Shown: piece by piece, positions 27,562-37,450 of the stretch | Layout: each line of letters opens with the position of its first letter | How positions within the stretch are numbered: position 1 is the first letter of the stretch | Virus record (IMG/VR): IMGVR_UViG_3300045995_000345 | Location: 1-64,000 of that record | Strand: one strand, 5' to 3' | DNA length: 64,000 nucleotides | DNA from: a virus | Made by a program: the position numbers and the translations under genes | The notes under the pieces: model-generated | Told to the model about the DNA's origin: nothing | Seen by the model: the letters and a program-made list of their open reading frames with translations, nothing else | Databases searched by the model: none

Positions 27562-29979
27562 TCAGATCCGGTGGTAGCTGGCGCTGTTCACGTAGAAATA
27601 ATCAAACGTTCGGCTGTGAATCCGGATCGGGTTGTTCGTCCCGGTAACCGTGATCGTGTCCCGGAAGAAGTGAGCAATGGAATGCACTGGGATCAGGCCG
27701 TGATCCTCAGCGTTCGTGATCGTCACGGTGCCAACCAGATCCTCCGCCGCAAGCTGGTTGAGCGATGCGTAGAGGCTGGCGGTATAGAGCGGCTGAGTTG
27801 ACCCTTCCACCTGGGGCTGGCTGGAAAGCTGAATCACGTAGGATGTCAGCTCGTGCTCGCCGTGCAGTTCTCCGAAGTGCATCTTGCCACCGGTCAGCGT
27901 GCTGGTAATTCCTACAAGCGTTGCGTTGTACGGGCGCGCGCTCCGTCGGTAGTAGATCCTCTTGCCGTCTTGCCACGACTGAGGACTAGCCACATGCCAC
28001 GCCGCGACCGGTTCCGTCGCGAGGCCGTAAAAAAGGAGAACCCCCTGCGTTGTACCCAAGAGAAACCAGTTCCCCGTTTCACGGAGAATCGGGAAGACTG
28101 CCTCCTTAACCGTGGCGGCAGCGGACGGTGCGAAATCGACCGTTGAAAACGTGTTGTACAGGTAGTCGTAGGCCAGCACTGGCGTTGCAGTATTGGCGGG
28201 GCAGACGACCCATATTTCCTGCGAAGGATGATTATCGGCGGCGTAAATCCGCTCCGTGTCCGCCAGTCGGGCATAATCGTAAAAGACGTTGCCCACGAGA
28301 TCCGAGTTGGCAAGGTATTGTGGCTGACGCGTGGTGAGGTTGAACTGGTAGAATCGATCTCGCCCAGCGTAAACGTGCTGTATGTCACCGATGGAGACGA
28401 GGGTGTGACGGTAAAAGAGTCCTCGCCCTTGCTGAATGTTAACGCGTTCAAATTCAAATGGGTTGGCTGCGATTCCGGTGTAGGTTCCAATGAAAAGGTT
28501 GGTGTCCTTGTAAACGATGATGCGCCCACCGAGCGGCAGCATTCGTAAGATGCCACTGCCGTCATCCTGAAGATCATCCCGGAATGCCGACGAGCCAACG
28601 GACGCGCTCTGCATTAGCGCCACCGTTCCACCCGTGATCGCCAGCTTGTCGAGGCGCACAATGCCAGGCCCAAGCGCGCCGATGGTCGCGTCTGTGAGAA
28701 CGCCACCAGCCGTGCCGGCACCGTCCACCAGAACGCTGTCGTATTTCGCCAAGGACCGAGCTGTCCGGGTCAGCGTAAAAAGTGAGTTTCCAGCGGTGGC
28801 AATCACTGGCGTCCGGGCCGCGAATCTGTCCGGCTTGTTCAACTCGGATCCAATGATGCGGTACTGGAACTCATTGAACGTGGTGATACCTGCGGTGATG
28901 AGCGCTTCCTTGCCAACGTAGGCCAGCGGGTTGTTGAGCGTGCCCTCCTGGGCGGTGAGCGCGTAATCCGTGTCGGTCTTGGCAAGCGTCGAGCTGATTA
29001 CCTCAACGATTTTGCGAACGCTTCCATCCGGAAAGCTGATCAATTCTCCAACCATCCAGCTTGCGAAGAACGCCCCACTCGCGCGGAGTGCGTAAGCCTC
29101 CCATTGACTGTCGAAGAATCCATCCGTAACCCGGAAGGATTGTGACACGGCAACCGTGTGCCCACTGGGAACGGCCATCTGGGTAGGGCTGAGATACGTG
29201 GTGAGGCGTTCCTTGGTTCCGTTGGACCAGACAATGAGACGGTTGGCATCGCCAGCATTGAACATCGAAGTGTCGGCGGTCAGAACGCTGAAATCTGAAA
29301 CACCAGCCCCAAGCCTGAATCCCGCCTGCTGAATCGTCACCGATCCCGACTTAACCACGTTCAGAACTGTGTCCATGCCGCCAGTTGTAAGCTCGGTGAT
29401 GTCGGCCAGAAGCAGGACGCCGTTCAATTCGGAGATGGTTCCAACGCAGACAATGCCCTGCTCACGAAGCTCGTAGGCTGGGCGCACCGCTTCCCACTCA
29501 GCCCGGTATTCAACCGGAAGATCGATTCCATTGCTGAACGTCGTGGTCCCGTCGATGTCGGCGAATTCCCAGCGCCGTCCGTTGGCGGAGAAGCCGCTTC
29601 CGATCACCCGCCAGCGCACGGGGGTTTCCCAGTAGCCGTCGCAGTAATCGGGATCGTCCTCCGTGTACCCGGACATGTCAGCGTAGAAACGGTAGAGCGT
29701 GGTCTTCGTTCCCACCACAATCGCAGCCTCTCCATTGGGCCTTCGGACCAGGTGAATGAGTGTGATTGGATCCGATGAAGGCGACGGGAAGGCTTGCTCC
29801 AAAGCATCGTCAGCGGTGGGGAGTGGGGTGAAGTAATCGTGGCCCTCTCTCCGGATTTCGTCGGACAAGTCCCTACGCCAGTTCGTCTTGGCGGTGTAGT
29901 GGGTGACTCCGGCGTCGGCAGCAGATGCTCGCGTGATGAGTTGTCCACCGTCCGCCGGCCTTACTGTCTGAACGGCCAT
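27562..29979 (-). CDS. tail nozzle/stabilisation protein (P22 gp10/T7 gp12-like position)
   Basis: 805 aa, beta-rich; LAYDYLYNTFS motif; synteny. Confidence 0.6.
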   Translation of the reverse strand: MAVQTVRPADGGQLITRASAADAGVTHYTAKTNWRRDLSDEIRREGHDYFTPLPTADDALEQAFPSPSSDPITLIHLVRRPNGEAAIVVGTKTTLYRFYADMSGYTEDDPDYCDGYWETPVRWRVIGSGFSANGRRWEFADIDGTTTFSNGIDLPVEYRAEWEAVRPAYELREQGIVCVGTISELNGVLLLADITELTTGGMDTVLNVVKSGSVTIQQAGFRLGAGVSDFSVLTADTSMFNAGDANRLIVWSNGTKERLTTYLSPTQMAVPSGHTVAVSQSFRVTDGFFDSQWEAYALRASGAFFASWMVGELISFPDGSVRKIVEVISSTLAKTDTDYALTAQEGTLNNPLAYVGKEALITAGITTFNEFQYRIIGSELNKPDRFAARTPVIATAGNSLFTLTRTARSLAKYDSVLVDGAGTAGGVLTDATIGALGPGIVRLDKLAITGGTVALMQSASVGSSAFRDDLQDDGSGILRMLPLGGRIIVYKDTNLFIGTYTGIAANPFEFERVNIQQGRGLFYRHTLVSIGDIQHVYAGRDRFYQFNLTTRQPQYLANSDLVGNVFYDYARLADTERIYAADNHPSQEIWVVCPANTATPVLAYDYLYNTFSTVDFAPSAAATVKEAVFPILRETGNWFLLGTTQGVLLFYGLATEPVAAWHVASPQSWQDGKRIYYRRSARPYNATLVGITSTLTGGKMHFGELHGEHELTSYVIQLSSQPQVEGSTQPLYTASLYASLNQLAAEDLVGTVTITNAEDHGLIPVHSIAHFFRDTITVTGTNNPIRIHSRTFDYFYVNSASYHRI

Positions 29980-30010
29980 GGCCTATCCCTAACCCGCTTC
30001 CTGCCAAGGT

Positions 30011-30658
30011 TCAAGCCCCAACTGGAGGCAAGCCGTAAGCGACTTCTTCGGGATCCATGTGCAAAGATCCAGGCACCATCACCCCGGCATGATTGGCGAG
30101 AGACTGGATCGGCTTGAAGCACCCGCAGGAAATGGTCACCAGATCCCAGTCGTAAGCGTGACTCCATTCTTCCGGCATGAGTTCCAGGCTGCGCTTCACG
30201 AGCTTGCGGTGGCCGTACAGGGTTGCCCCTCCGAACGCGTGCCCCAGCACGGTCTCGAATTCCCATTGCCTGTCGCTCTTGACGTGCTTGGCGCTCCGGT
30301 AAGGCGACACCCAGAAGAACGGCCTGAGCGCGTGGCTTGCAACGCACTCGTAGCAGAAAGCGTCGTAGTGTTTGGAAAAGGTCATGTCCCCATCCACGAA
30401 CAGGCCGTAGCAGTCCGACTCGCCGGGATCCGTTTCGTCCAGGAAGAGTTCCATGGCAGCTCGCCGGGCCTCTCCCTGTCCCTTGTGCGGCCAGGTAATC
30501 ACTTGGTCAGCGTGAATCGCCAGCTCGGTTGTGTCGCACCCACCGCCATCGTCAATGACAGTGATCGGGAAGTTCTCGCTCGCGTTCTCGCGCAAGCTCT
30601 TGACCGTCTGGACCGCGAGGTCGATCCGCTTGTAAACGTTGACGTAGCAGTGAATCAT
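30011..30658 (-). CDS. GT-A (GT2-like) glycosyltransferase
   Basis: YVNVYKRIDL, ITVIDDG, LFVDGD (DxD). Confidence 0.75.
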   Translation of the reverse strand: MIHCYVNVYKRIDLAVQTVKSLRENASENFPITVIDDGGGCDTTELAIHADQVITWPHKGQGEARRAAMELFLDETDPGESDCYGLFVDGDMTFSKHYDAFCYECVASHALRPFFWVSPYRSAKHVKSDRQWEFETVLGHAFGGATLYGHRKLVKRSLELMPEEWSHAYDWDLVTISCGCFKPIQSLANHAGVMVPGSLHMDPEEVAYGLPPVGA

Positions 30659-30663
30659 AAAGG

Positions 30664-31248
30664 TTAATACACTAAAGGCGTGTCGGAGCGTTCTAAATGC
30701 GGCATGATCTTCCCCATCCTTGAGGGGTGTCTCAATTTCCTGAGTGCTTTCGTTTCGACCATCCTGATAGTTTCGGGAAACTTTCGGTAACGTGCTGCGA
30801 TTTCCGCTAACGTCTTTCCCTCCCAAAATCTGGCTCTTATGACGGGTGCATGATAATCGCCTAATGATTCAACATTGGCTTCGATTGCCTTATCCAGCTC
30901 AGTTGTATCGTCGGGGCTGGGGGCTGGTAGCAACATTGCTTCCGAGCAGCCAAGCAGATTCTCCATTTCCACATCGGCTGTCTGTTCTATCTTAAACCCT
31001 CGCTTGAAACCTGCGAAAGATTCCGGCCATTCCGATAGGACATCTAAGTATTCTCCGGCTTCTCCGAAGGCTTTCTGAATTGCATCGGCTTGTTCTGGAA
31101 GCGGTCGCCTAATCAGGTTAATAATCCTCCCGATTATGAATATCGAAAGCCCAGACTTCTCGGCGAGATCCTTTTGGGTCCAGTTCAACTTCTTCAGGAG
31201 CGCGTAAATGTTTCCGTGCTTGTATCGCGTGACGGCGGTGATCTTCAT
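30664..31248 (-). CDS. XRE-HTH fused to sigma-70 region 4
   Basis: WTQKDLAEKSGLS (XRE HTH); KTLAEIA...ETIRMVETKALRKLRHPSR matches the RpoD C-terminus; lower GC than flanks. Confidence 0.8.
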   Translation of the reverse strand: MKITAVTRYKHGNIYALLKKLNWTQKDLAEKSGLSIFIIGRIINLIRRPLPEQADAIQKAFGEAGEYLDVLSEWPESFAGFKRGFKIEQTADVEMENLLGCSEAMLLPAPSPDDTTELDKAIEANVESLGDYHAPVIRARFWEGKTLAEIAARYRKFPETIRMVETKALRKLRHPSRMGKIMPHLERSDTPLVY

Positions 31249-31322
31249 TTCAGCACAGTGTAAGCGATGTTCGTCCCTTCGACATGCCGGACATCAAGTT
31301 TGTGTAACCCTTTCTTTGTGGT

Positions 31323-31943
31323 TCACGGCCTTGCAATCAACGTGTTTGCGCTGCGTCCCTCAATCGTTGTGCGGCCGATGATCTTGGTGAAACCGTAACC
31401 GCTCAGAAGCGCCAGGACGGAATCGTAATACGCCTGGGAGAATGCAGTGAACGGAAGGGCGTCCTCGAAGCACAGGAGGCGCGTGTTGGAAAGTAGGTTT
31501 CCAGCCACGCTCAACACACCGAAGTCCGCCCCCTCGATGTCGATGGAGACGAAGTCCCATTTGCTCCCAAGTGTCTTCACGATGTCATCTGGCGTGATGG
31601 CGGCGATCCAGTACTCACGCTGGACGTATTCGTACAGATAACCAGCCCCATCGGTGGCGCTGGTAAGTTGGCTGTTCGTGTCCGCAAGATGCACCAGGCC
31701 AGAGTGTGGCATCACCGCAGCGTTCACGCAGACGATCTCGGGGACCAGTCGATTCTCGATCAGCTTGGTGAAGTTGAATGGGCTCGCCTCAATCAGTGCG
31801 CCTTTCCAGCCTCGATCGTCCAGCGCCCGCGTGTTGCTGCCCTCCACCCCGTCGTAAGCGCCAAGGTCAAGGAATGTTCCGACGTGGTCCCCGAAATAAT
31901 CGAGGATGATTTGCTGCTCTCCCCATTGGGAATAATCGATCAT
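31323..31943 (-). CDS. FkbM-family methyltransferase
   Basis: YSQWGEQ, FLDLGAYDG...SNT, WKGALIEA, FVSIDIEGAD. Confidence 0.85.
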   Translation of the reverse strand: MIDYSQWGEQQIILDYFGDHVGTFLDLGAYDGVEGSNTRALDDRGWKGALIEASPFNFTKLIENRLVPEIVCVNAAVMPHSGLVHLADTNSQLTSATDGAGYLYEYVQREYWIAAITPDDIVKTLGSKWDFVSIDIEGADFGVLSVAGNLLSNTRLLCFEDALPFTAFSQAYYDSVLALLSGYGFTKIIGRTTIEGRSANTLIARP

Positions 31944-31955
31944 GGTGCGCTCTCC

Positions 31956-32573
31956 CTATTCAAGTGGTCGATGCGCTCCGAACGATCCGTTTGGTTTCGT
32001 CCCGTGAGTCGAGAACATTTGCGCCAAGCCAGCGGTGGCAAATTGACAACCCATATCCTCCAGCCTCTTTCTCTGCTCAACGCAGATAACGTAGTCTTCA
32101 TGACGCCTCCATCTGGGGGTTGTCCACGTCTCGTAACTGAGCTTGTGCATGCAGTCCAAGAGACGCTGGCTACGCAGGGAGAATCCCCCGCAGCCCACCA
32201 CGCCGCTTCCGAACGGGGCACCGATGTAATCGCAGAACAGGAAGTCATCCGTCCACGCGGCCGGGTTCACGATGAATCCGTCGTGCTGAATGACGAGGAT
32301 GTGAGACCCCAAGAACAGATGCCGCTTCAGCGGAAGCTCGTGGATCATGTAGTGAGAATACTCCTCAATGGATCGGACGCAGTTGGGGTAAACGTTGACT
32401 CCTCCGGCGCAGTCGGAGACGAGATCCGTGAACCACCAGACAGAGCTGAAATCACAGTAGTCCCGGCAGCGCTTCAATGAGGATAGGCACGCATTCGTGT
32501 AAGCCTCCCGCTCCAGGGTCGCGGACCTGTTTCCGCTGACCATTACCAGGTCAATGTCGAGTTTCAGCTTCAC
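31956..32573 (-). CDS. DUF5672-like glycosyltransferase-fold protein
   Basis: HILVIQHDG, DYIGAP, GCGGFSLRS, HED; GTG start overlapping upstream stop. Confidence 0.75.
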   Translation of the reverse strand: MKLKLDIDLVMVSGNRSATLEREAYTNACLSSLKRCRDYCDFSSVWWFTDLVSDCAGGVNVYPNCVRSIEEYSHYMIHELPLKRHLFLGSHILVIQHDGFIVNPAAWTDDFLFCDYIGAPFGSGVVGCGGFSLRSQRLLDCMHKLSYETWTTPRWRRHEDYVICVEQRKRLEDMGCQFATAGLAQMFSTHGTKPNGSFGAHRPLE

Positions 32574-32761
32574 GCGCTGACCTTTCTGCTTCTCCAAGCG
32601 TGGGCCAAAAGGATCATTCTTCGCCAGTCCTTGGAACCATCTTCGAGCTGTTCCGGAAGCAAGTCCATGTCGTAGAGCAACGACAATAGTTCCGGGGTGG
32701 AGCTGATGTAACGCATGAGAGCAGCCTGAAACTCTCGCTGTTTCTTGGTCCATTGTCTCAC
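32570..32761 (-). CDS. small hypothetical protein
   Basis: GTGA overlaps at both ends; ...LLYDMDLLPEQL... Confidence 0.55.
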   Translation of the reverse strand: MRQWTKKQREFQAALMRYISSTPELLSLLYDMDLLPEQLEDGSKDWRRMILLAHAWRSRKVSA

Positions 32762-33705
32762 GCGCTTATCATTTCCAGGAACCGCTTCGGATCCTCGTAG
32801 GGGTACGTCTCCATCTGAAACGCTGCCTCCAGGTTCTTCTCGCTGAACTTCGGCCAGTGCCGGCTGTCGTGGTCTTGGTGCAGGATGTGGCTCTGAGGGT
32901 AAAGCCACTCCGCCTCCACCACGTCAACGTTCTTGATGACCGGAAGCATGAGCATCCACGGCGCCGGGAAGTTGATGATGCAGATCGTTCGGACACCCAA
33001 GGCATGGGCGATGTGGTAAGGCCCTGAGATGATCCCGATGTGCAGGACGCAGGACGCCATGCGCTGAACCACGTCCGCCAGCGGCCAGCCCTTCGTGTTC
33101 CGAACCTGATCGGCCAGCACGTCTCCGCCCACCTCAATGAAGTCGAATTCGCTGTGCTTGGAAATCCACTTTCTAAGGATCTTCAGGTTCTCCGGGTAAA
33201 CCTCGCGCGCCCTGGGGTGAACCGCGCGTTGCTGATCCAGAACGTGGGGTCCAGGAACAAGGTGCAGGCTGATCAACTTGCGCTTCCGGGCTCCCTTAGG
33301 CGGGATAATGCAGCCCTTGGGCGCCGGGTCCACCGGTAGGTTGAAGAGTCGCCGCACTCGCTGGAAGTTGTGCCCCGGCCCAAGGTCAAAGTTCTGCTGC
33401 ATGGTGGACAGGCTCACCATGAACGGGCGCTGGGCGTTCTTGTGGTATGGATTGAGCTTGGTTATCTCCGTGAAGTGCGGGCTTGGGATCCATGCCGTAG
33501 CCGCGATGTGCGCCAGGCAGATGTCCGTCATCATCACGCTGTCTCCTATGCCCCCGGCGGCATTTGTAAGCGTCCACTGGTAGGGCTCCAGCTTGCGACC
33601 GAACGGCACCTTGGTTGTGCCGGGTCGGCCACGGTAGAACTTGATGATGTCGTCCTGGGTTACGCGACCCTTGGACAGCTTCCTCTTTGCTGCTCTCAGT
33701 ATCAT
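32758..33705 (-). CDS. GT9 (heptosyltransferase-like) glycosyltransferase
   Basis: GGIGDSVMMT; LHIGIISGPYHIAHALGVRTI (cf. GT9 DSGPxHxAxA). Confidence 0.75.
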   Translation of the reverse strand: MILRAAKRKLSKGRVTQDDIIKFYRGRPGTTKVPFGRKLEPYQWTLTNAAGGIGDSVMMTDICLAHIAATAWIPSPHFTEITKLNPYHKNAQRPFMVSLSTMQQNFDLGPGHNFQRVRRLFNLPVDPAPKGCIIPPKGARKRKLISLHLVPGPHVLDQQRAVHPRAREVYPENLKILRKWISKHSEFDFIEVGGDVLADQVRNTKGWPLADVVQRMASCVLHIGIISGPYHIAHALGVRTICIINFPAPWMLMLPVIKNVDVVEAEWLYPQSHILHQDHDSRHWPKFSEKNLEAAFQMETYPYEDPKRFLEMISA

Positions 33706-33731
33706 GCTCTCTCTCCTTAGAAACTGGGTTT

Positions 33732-35375
33732 CTATGTCTTCTTCATGGTGACTCGGTCGATGACTTCGTTGTCCACGGTCCGCATTTCCCACTGAAGCTC
33801 CGTGGCCGTAGCCGTGAAGCGCAGGAAACCGTGCTTGGAATTGTAGAAGAACTGGCTGCCGGGCAGGCTGACCGTAGCCGCAGCGCCCCGCAACGTGGAT
33901 CCACCCGTGCCGCAAATGACGTGCGTCAACCCGGTGGCGTCTCTCAGGCGCTCGTAATTGTGCGCGTGGCCGGACACTACAAGATCAACCCCGAGATGGA
34001 GCAGTTCGTCCGTGAACTGCTTCACCACGGCTGATCCCGGATAATGGTTCACGTCTGAACACGCAGCCGGCCGGTGAACACAGACAATCACCCAAGGCTC
34101 AGAGGCAGCGTTGATGGTTGACTCCACCCACGTCAACTCCGTGTCCAGCGTGACCAGCGGGTCTGAATCATCCAGGCCGGAGTTCACCACGATGAACCGC
34201 ACGTTCCCCCTGGCGAACGTGTAATGTAGGAGGTGGGCGACCAGGTTGTCGTGACCAATCAACCCGCTGGTGGTGGTGAGCACGTTCAGGAATGGCTGTC
34301 CGTAGCCAGTCTCCAGATCGTGGTTTCCCATCGTCAGGTAGAACTTGTCCGGCAGGAAGTTCCAGTAGTGCTTCAGGAGTAGATCGTAAATCAGGTAGTC
34401 GGCCCCTCCGGTCTGGGTGCCCACAGCCTGGGATGGCGTCTCTTCGCTTCCTGCCCGGCGGTTCTCAGCGTAGGCCGCGTCGCCAAGGTGAACGATGAAC
34501 TGGGGATCCACCGCCTTGACGGCCGTAGCCACGGCGATCGTGTCTGCGATCGTGGTCTGCTGGCCGCTGTCACCGAACATCACCCACTCGTCTTGAGGAA
34601 TCACAATCTCTGGGCAGTAACCGGAAGCGTAACTGACGGAGGTGTCGCCACAGGCGCAAAGGCCGTTGTCGAACATACCCTCCGCGCAAGGTTGGGGAAC
34701 GCAGCCGGCCTGGGACTCGGCGACCTTGAGGCGTTGACGTTCCTCCGCTTCAGCGAAGAGCTTCGCGCGCGCCAACCTGTAACCGTCCCGGTATTCCCGA
34801 GAGAGGGAGACATTCCGGTCAACCTCACGCGTGAGCTTCCACTTCACGAACTCGTGAACTGCATCGGCGAAAGGCTCATCGAACGGGACTTCATCCGCGT
34901 CGAGGTAATCGGCGTTTGTCCGCCCGATGATGGCATCCCAGACGATTTGAACCGCGTAACCCTCCGTCACCCTGGGGTAAACCCAGAACGTCTTCCCGCC
35001 GTCGCGCTTGTCCAACACGAATCGGAACTGGGAACGCTCCGTGCCGATGCTGAGAACGCCAGCCCGCAAATCATTCCGCAGGGAAAACTCGTAGGGCACC
35101 ATCGGACGCCGCACCCACATCGAACCGGTCTTGACGTGGTAAAGCTCACGCAGAGCCGCCCCTCTTGGAATGGATCCCTTGGACGCGAACCCGTCCGAAC
35201 TCAGATCATCTTCCTCCAGCGTGGTGGTGATGCCCTTGCGGTAGTAGGGGATGAAGGATTGAAGATCACCAACGGCAATGCGGACCTGGGCGTCAATGAA
35301 TGTCTGGGCGCCAAGGCGCTTCCGTTCAACTGCGAGGGATCCGTCAACCAGCGTCTTGAACGCGCTCCAGATCAT
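33732..35375 (-). CDS. head-tail adaptor-like domain fused to a calcineurin-like metallophosphoesterase
   Basis: N-terminal about 220 aa with FWVYPR and C-terminal helices, in the adaptor position; C-terminal FGDSG, HLGDAAY, GNHD, VHRP, SGHAHNYER. Confidence 0.7.
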   Translation of the reverse strand: MIWSAFKTLVDGSLAVERKRLGAQTFIDAQVRIAVGDLQSFIPYYRKGITTTLEEDDLSSDGFASKGSIPRGAALRELYHVKTGSMWVRRPMVPYEFSLRNDLRAGVLSIGTERSQFRFVLDKRDGGKTFWVYPRVTEGYAVQIVWDAIIGRTNADYLDADEVPFDEPFADAVHEFVKWKLTREVDRNVSLSREYRDGYRLARAKLFAEAEERQRLKVAESQAGCVPQPCAEGMFDNGLCACGDTSVSYASGYCPEIVIPQDEWVMFGDSGQQTTIADTIAVATAVKAVDPQFIVHLGDAAYAENRRAGSEETPSQAVGTQTGGADYLIYDLLLKHYWNFLPDKFYLTMGNHDLETGYGQPFLNVLTTTSGLIGHDNLVAHLLHYTFARGNVRFIVVNSGLDDSDPLVTLDTELTWVESTINAASEPWVIVCVHRPAACSDVNHYPGSAVVKQFTDELLHLGVDLVVSGHAHNYERLRDATGLTHVICGTGGSTLRGAAATVSLPGSQFFYNSKHGFLRFTATATELQWEMRTVDNEVIDRVTMKKT

Positions 35376-35779
35376 GGGGTGACAATCTCAGCCCGGCGCC
35401 GCTGCGGAACCGGAGCCGGCTTGGCGAGTGAGTCGAGGGAAAGTTCAGCAACCTTGGGTGGCCTTGCCGGTTCCGCTTCAGGCTTTGCTGCCCTTTCCGC
35501 CGCAAGTGGAACACCCTGGCTGGACGGCACTAGCCTGAAGTTGTCCGAGGGCGATTGCCCCTGCGCTTTTTTTTTCAGTTGGTCCTCGTATTCCGCCTTG
35601 GAAATCTCAGCGGCCCCGCGCTTCCTCAGCCTGGCCAGTTCCACCTCGTCACCCTCGATCTTGCCGACGCCGTACCACGTCCCAGTGATGTGGCCCACCG
35701 GATCGAAGTAGGGCGATTCATCGGTGGCAAACAGGCGGAAGAAGACTGGCGGTTTGGGATCGGGTTCTGGGGGATTCAT
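35372..35779 (-). CDS. hypothetical protein
   Basis: Stop overlaps adaptor start (ATGA). Confidence 0.55.
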   Translation of the reverse strand: MNPPEPDPKPPVFFRLFATDESPYFDPVGHITGTWYGVGKIEGDEVELARLRKRGAAEISKAEYEDQLKKKAQGQSPSDNFRLVPSSQGVPLAAERAAKPEAEPARPPKVAELSLDSLAKPAPVPQRRRAEIVTP

Positions 35780-35845
35780 GGTCAGTGTCACAGTGTCGTT
35801 GTTTCAATCGCACCAATGCCTCATTCCGTCAAGAACTCACGTCCG

Positions 35846-36628
35846 TCAGATCGTTACTCCGCCATAGGTCGCTAAGTAATTCTTATGAACCGCCTGAATT
35901 GCATCTCCGTTCGAGGCGTTGGAGATGATGCACGCACCCAAGTCGAACTTGGCGTGATAGGCGCCCACCGTCTGGATGCCACCGATCCACGCCCACATCG
36001 GGTCGATGGTCGTAGCGTCGGTCGGGTTGCCGGTCACCGGCGCGAGGTTGTTCACCTGGAGCGTGCTGGCTGCCCCGGCGAACTTCGCAGTAAGGACGAA
36101 CCACGCTCCCGTCGGGAACGTGGCGAGCGACGGAGCGAGCAGTGGGGACGACAGCGACAGCTTGCCGGACGTGTTGGGCTGCATACTGATTCCGGCCGTG
36201 TTAGCCCTGACCACGTTTCCGCCGTCAAAGACGTACTTCGGATACTGCCACGTCGGAATCATTAGCAGCATGTAGACGGTGCAGTTGCGGCTGAGGTTGG
36301 CCAGGCCACCGCTCTGCGGGGTCCATTGAGTCGGGATCGTGACACCCAGATCGGTCGGGTCGAACCGGATGACCGGCTTTCCCGAAGGCAGCGCGACAGG
36401 CGCTTCGGCCGAGAGCTTGTAGAGCGTGTAGCGGTCGGCGTTCGAGGACAGGTGACGAGCCCCAGAACTCCGGTCCAGCCAGTTGTTATTGGAGGACATC
36501 TTCTTGCTCGTCGGGTCGTAGGTGACCCCGTAGTCGCTCGCCACCCAGAGCCAGAGGTTCGGGTCTGAAGCGGGGCCGCCCGCCCTGGCGGCGTTGAAAC
36601 CGGTGAGTTGAGAGGTGGAGAGTGGCAT
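35846..36628 (-). CDS. LamG/concanavalin-like virion accessory protein
   Basis: LWLWVASDYGVT...WLDRS...PVIRFD...KNYLATYGG; TAATG overlap. Confidence 0.6.
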   Translation of the reverse strand: MPLSTSQLTGFNAARAGGPASDPNLWLWVASDYGVTYDPTSKKMSSNNNWLDRSSGARHLSSNADRYTLYKLSAEAPVALPSGKPVIRFDPTDLGVTIPTQWTPQSGGLANLSRNCTVYMLLMIPTWQYPKYVFDGGNVVRANTAGISMQPNTSGKLSLSSPLLAPSLATFPTGAWFVLTAKFAGAASTLQVNNLAPVTGNPTDATTIDPMWAWIGGIQTVGAYHAKFDLGACIISNASNGDAIQAVHKNYLATYGGVTI

Positions 36629-37347
36629 TACGCGTCCGTGTGAGCGTTCTCGGTGAAGAACAATTTGACTCCGATCAGCTTCGCGTCCTCGGCGAGATTG
36701 TCGGCGCTGACGTCGCGGAAGACCTGGAGGAACGAGATGGACGGGTCGTCCGTGCTTCCGCCGAGGGTGAAGGCGGCCGTTTCCGGGGACCACCTCACCA
36801 CGTTGCCGACCCCTCCGAACGTGACTACGCCAGCCACTACGGGAGCCCCGAAGGCAGCGTCAATGTTTTCGTCGTCCACCATGACCTGACCTTGTATCGC
36901 CCACGCCACCGTCTTGTCTTGCGCCCCGGCGGCGGCGGTGCAACAGAAGCGCGCGGTGAGCGTGCCGCGGTTCCAGCTCTTGGGGAGTGCCACCGTGAAC
37001 TGCGCGAACTCGTCCGCCGCCGCGTCGAAGTCGAGCGTCGCGAGCATGACCTTGTTGGTGGCCGTCTCCACGGTCCCGGCAGCCGCGCCGGAAGTGGTCC
37101 GGGCCACCATGGCCGTGGCGGGAATCCAGACGGTCGACTTCTTCGGCAAGAGGTCCGCCGCGTTCGCCTTCAAGGCGAGGTCTGCCGCAGTGGCTCCCTG
37201 CAGCTCTTTGGGCAGTGCATCCCGAGGATCCACTGGAAGCTGCAAACCCTCCAGCTTGTGTTGGTTCATGCTCACGTTGCCAGGCTCCGTTCGCATCGGA
37301 ATCTGCGTGGCAAACGTCTGGTAAGGGGGGACCCGTGATTGTGCCAT
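36628..37347 (-). CDS. virion decoration/fibre protein
   Basis: LDFDAAADEFAQFTVALPKSWNRGTL jelly-roll-like domain; N-terminus shared with 37451-37861. Confidence 0.6.
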   Translation of the reverse strand: MAQSRVPPYQTFATQIPMRTEPGNVSMNQHKLEGLQLPVDPRDALPKELQGATAADLALKANAADLLPKKSTVWIPATAMVARTTSGAAAGTVETATNKVMLATLDFDAAADEFAQFTVALPKSWNRGTLTARFCCTAAAGAQDKTVAWAIQGQVMVDDENIDAAFGAPVVAGVVTFGGVGNVVRWSPETAAFTLGGSTDDPSISFLQVFRDVSADNLAEDAKLIGVKLFFTENAHTDA

Positions 37348-37376
37348 GTCGTTATGTCCTGTCTTAATAATTACTC

Positions 37377-37413
37377 AAAACCCCGGCGCGACGCTTGTGA
37401 CGCCGGCCGGGGC
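37377..37413 (-). terminator. probable intrinsic terminator
   Basis: On - strand GCCCCGGC...GCCGGGGT followed by TTT. Confidence 0.5.
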
Positions 37414-37450
37414 TGCGTAAGGGGGCAGGAGAGAGGGCAGCCCCCAAAAA

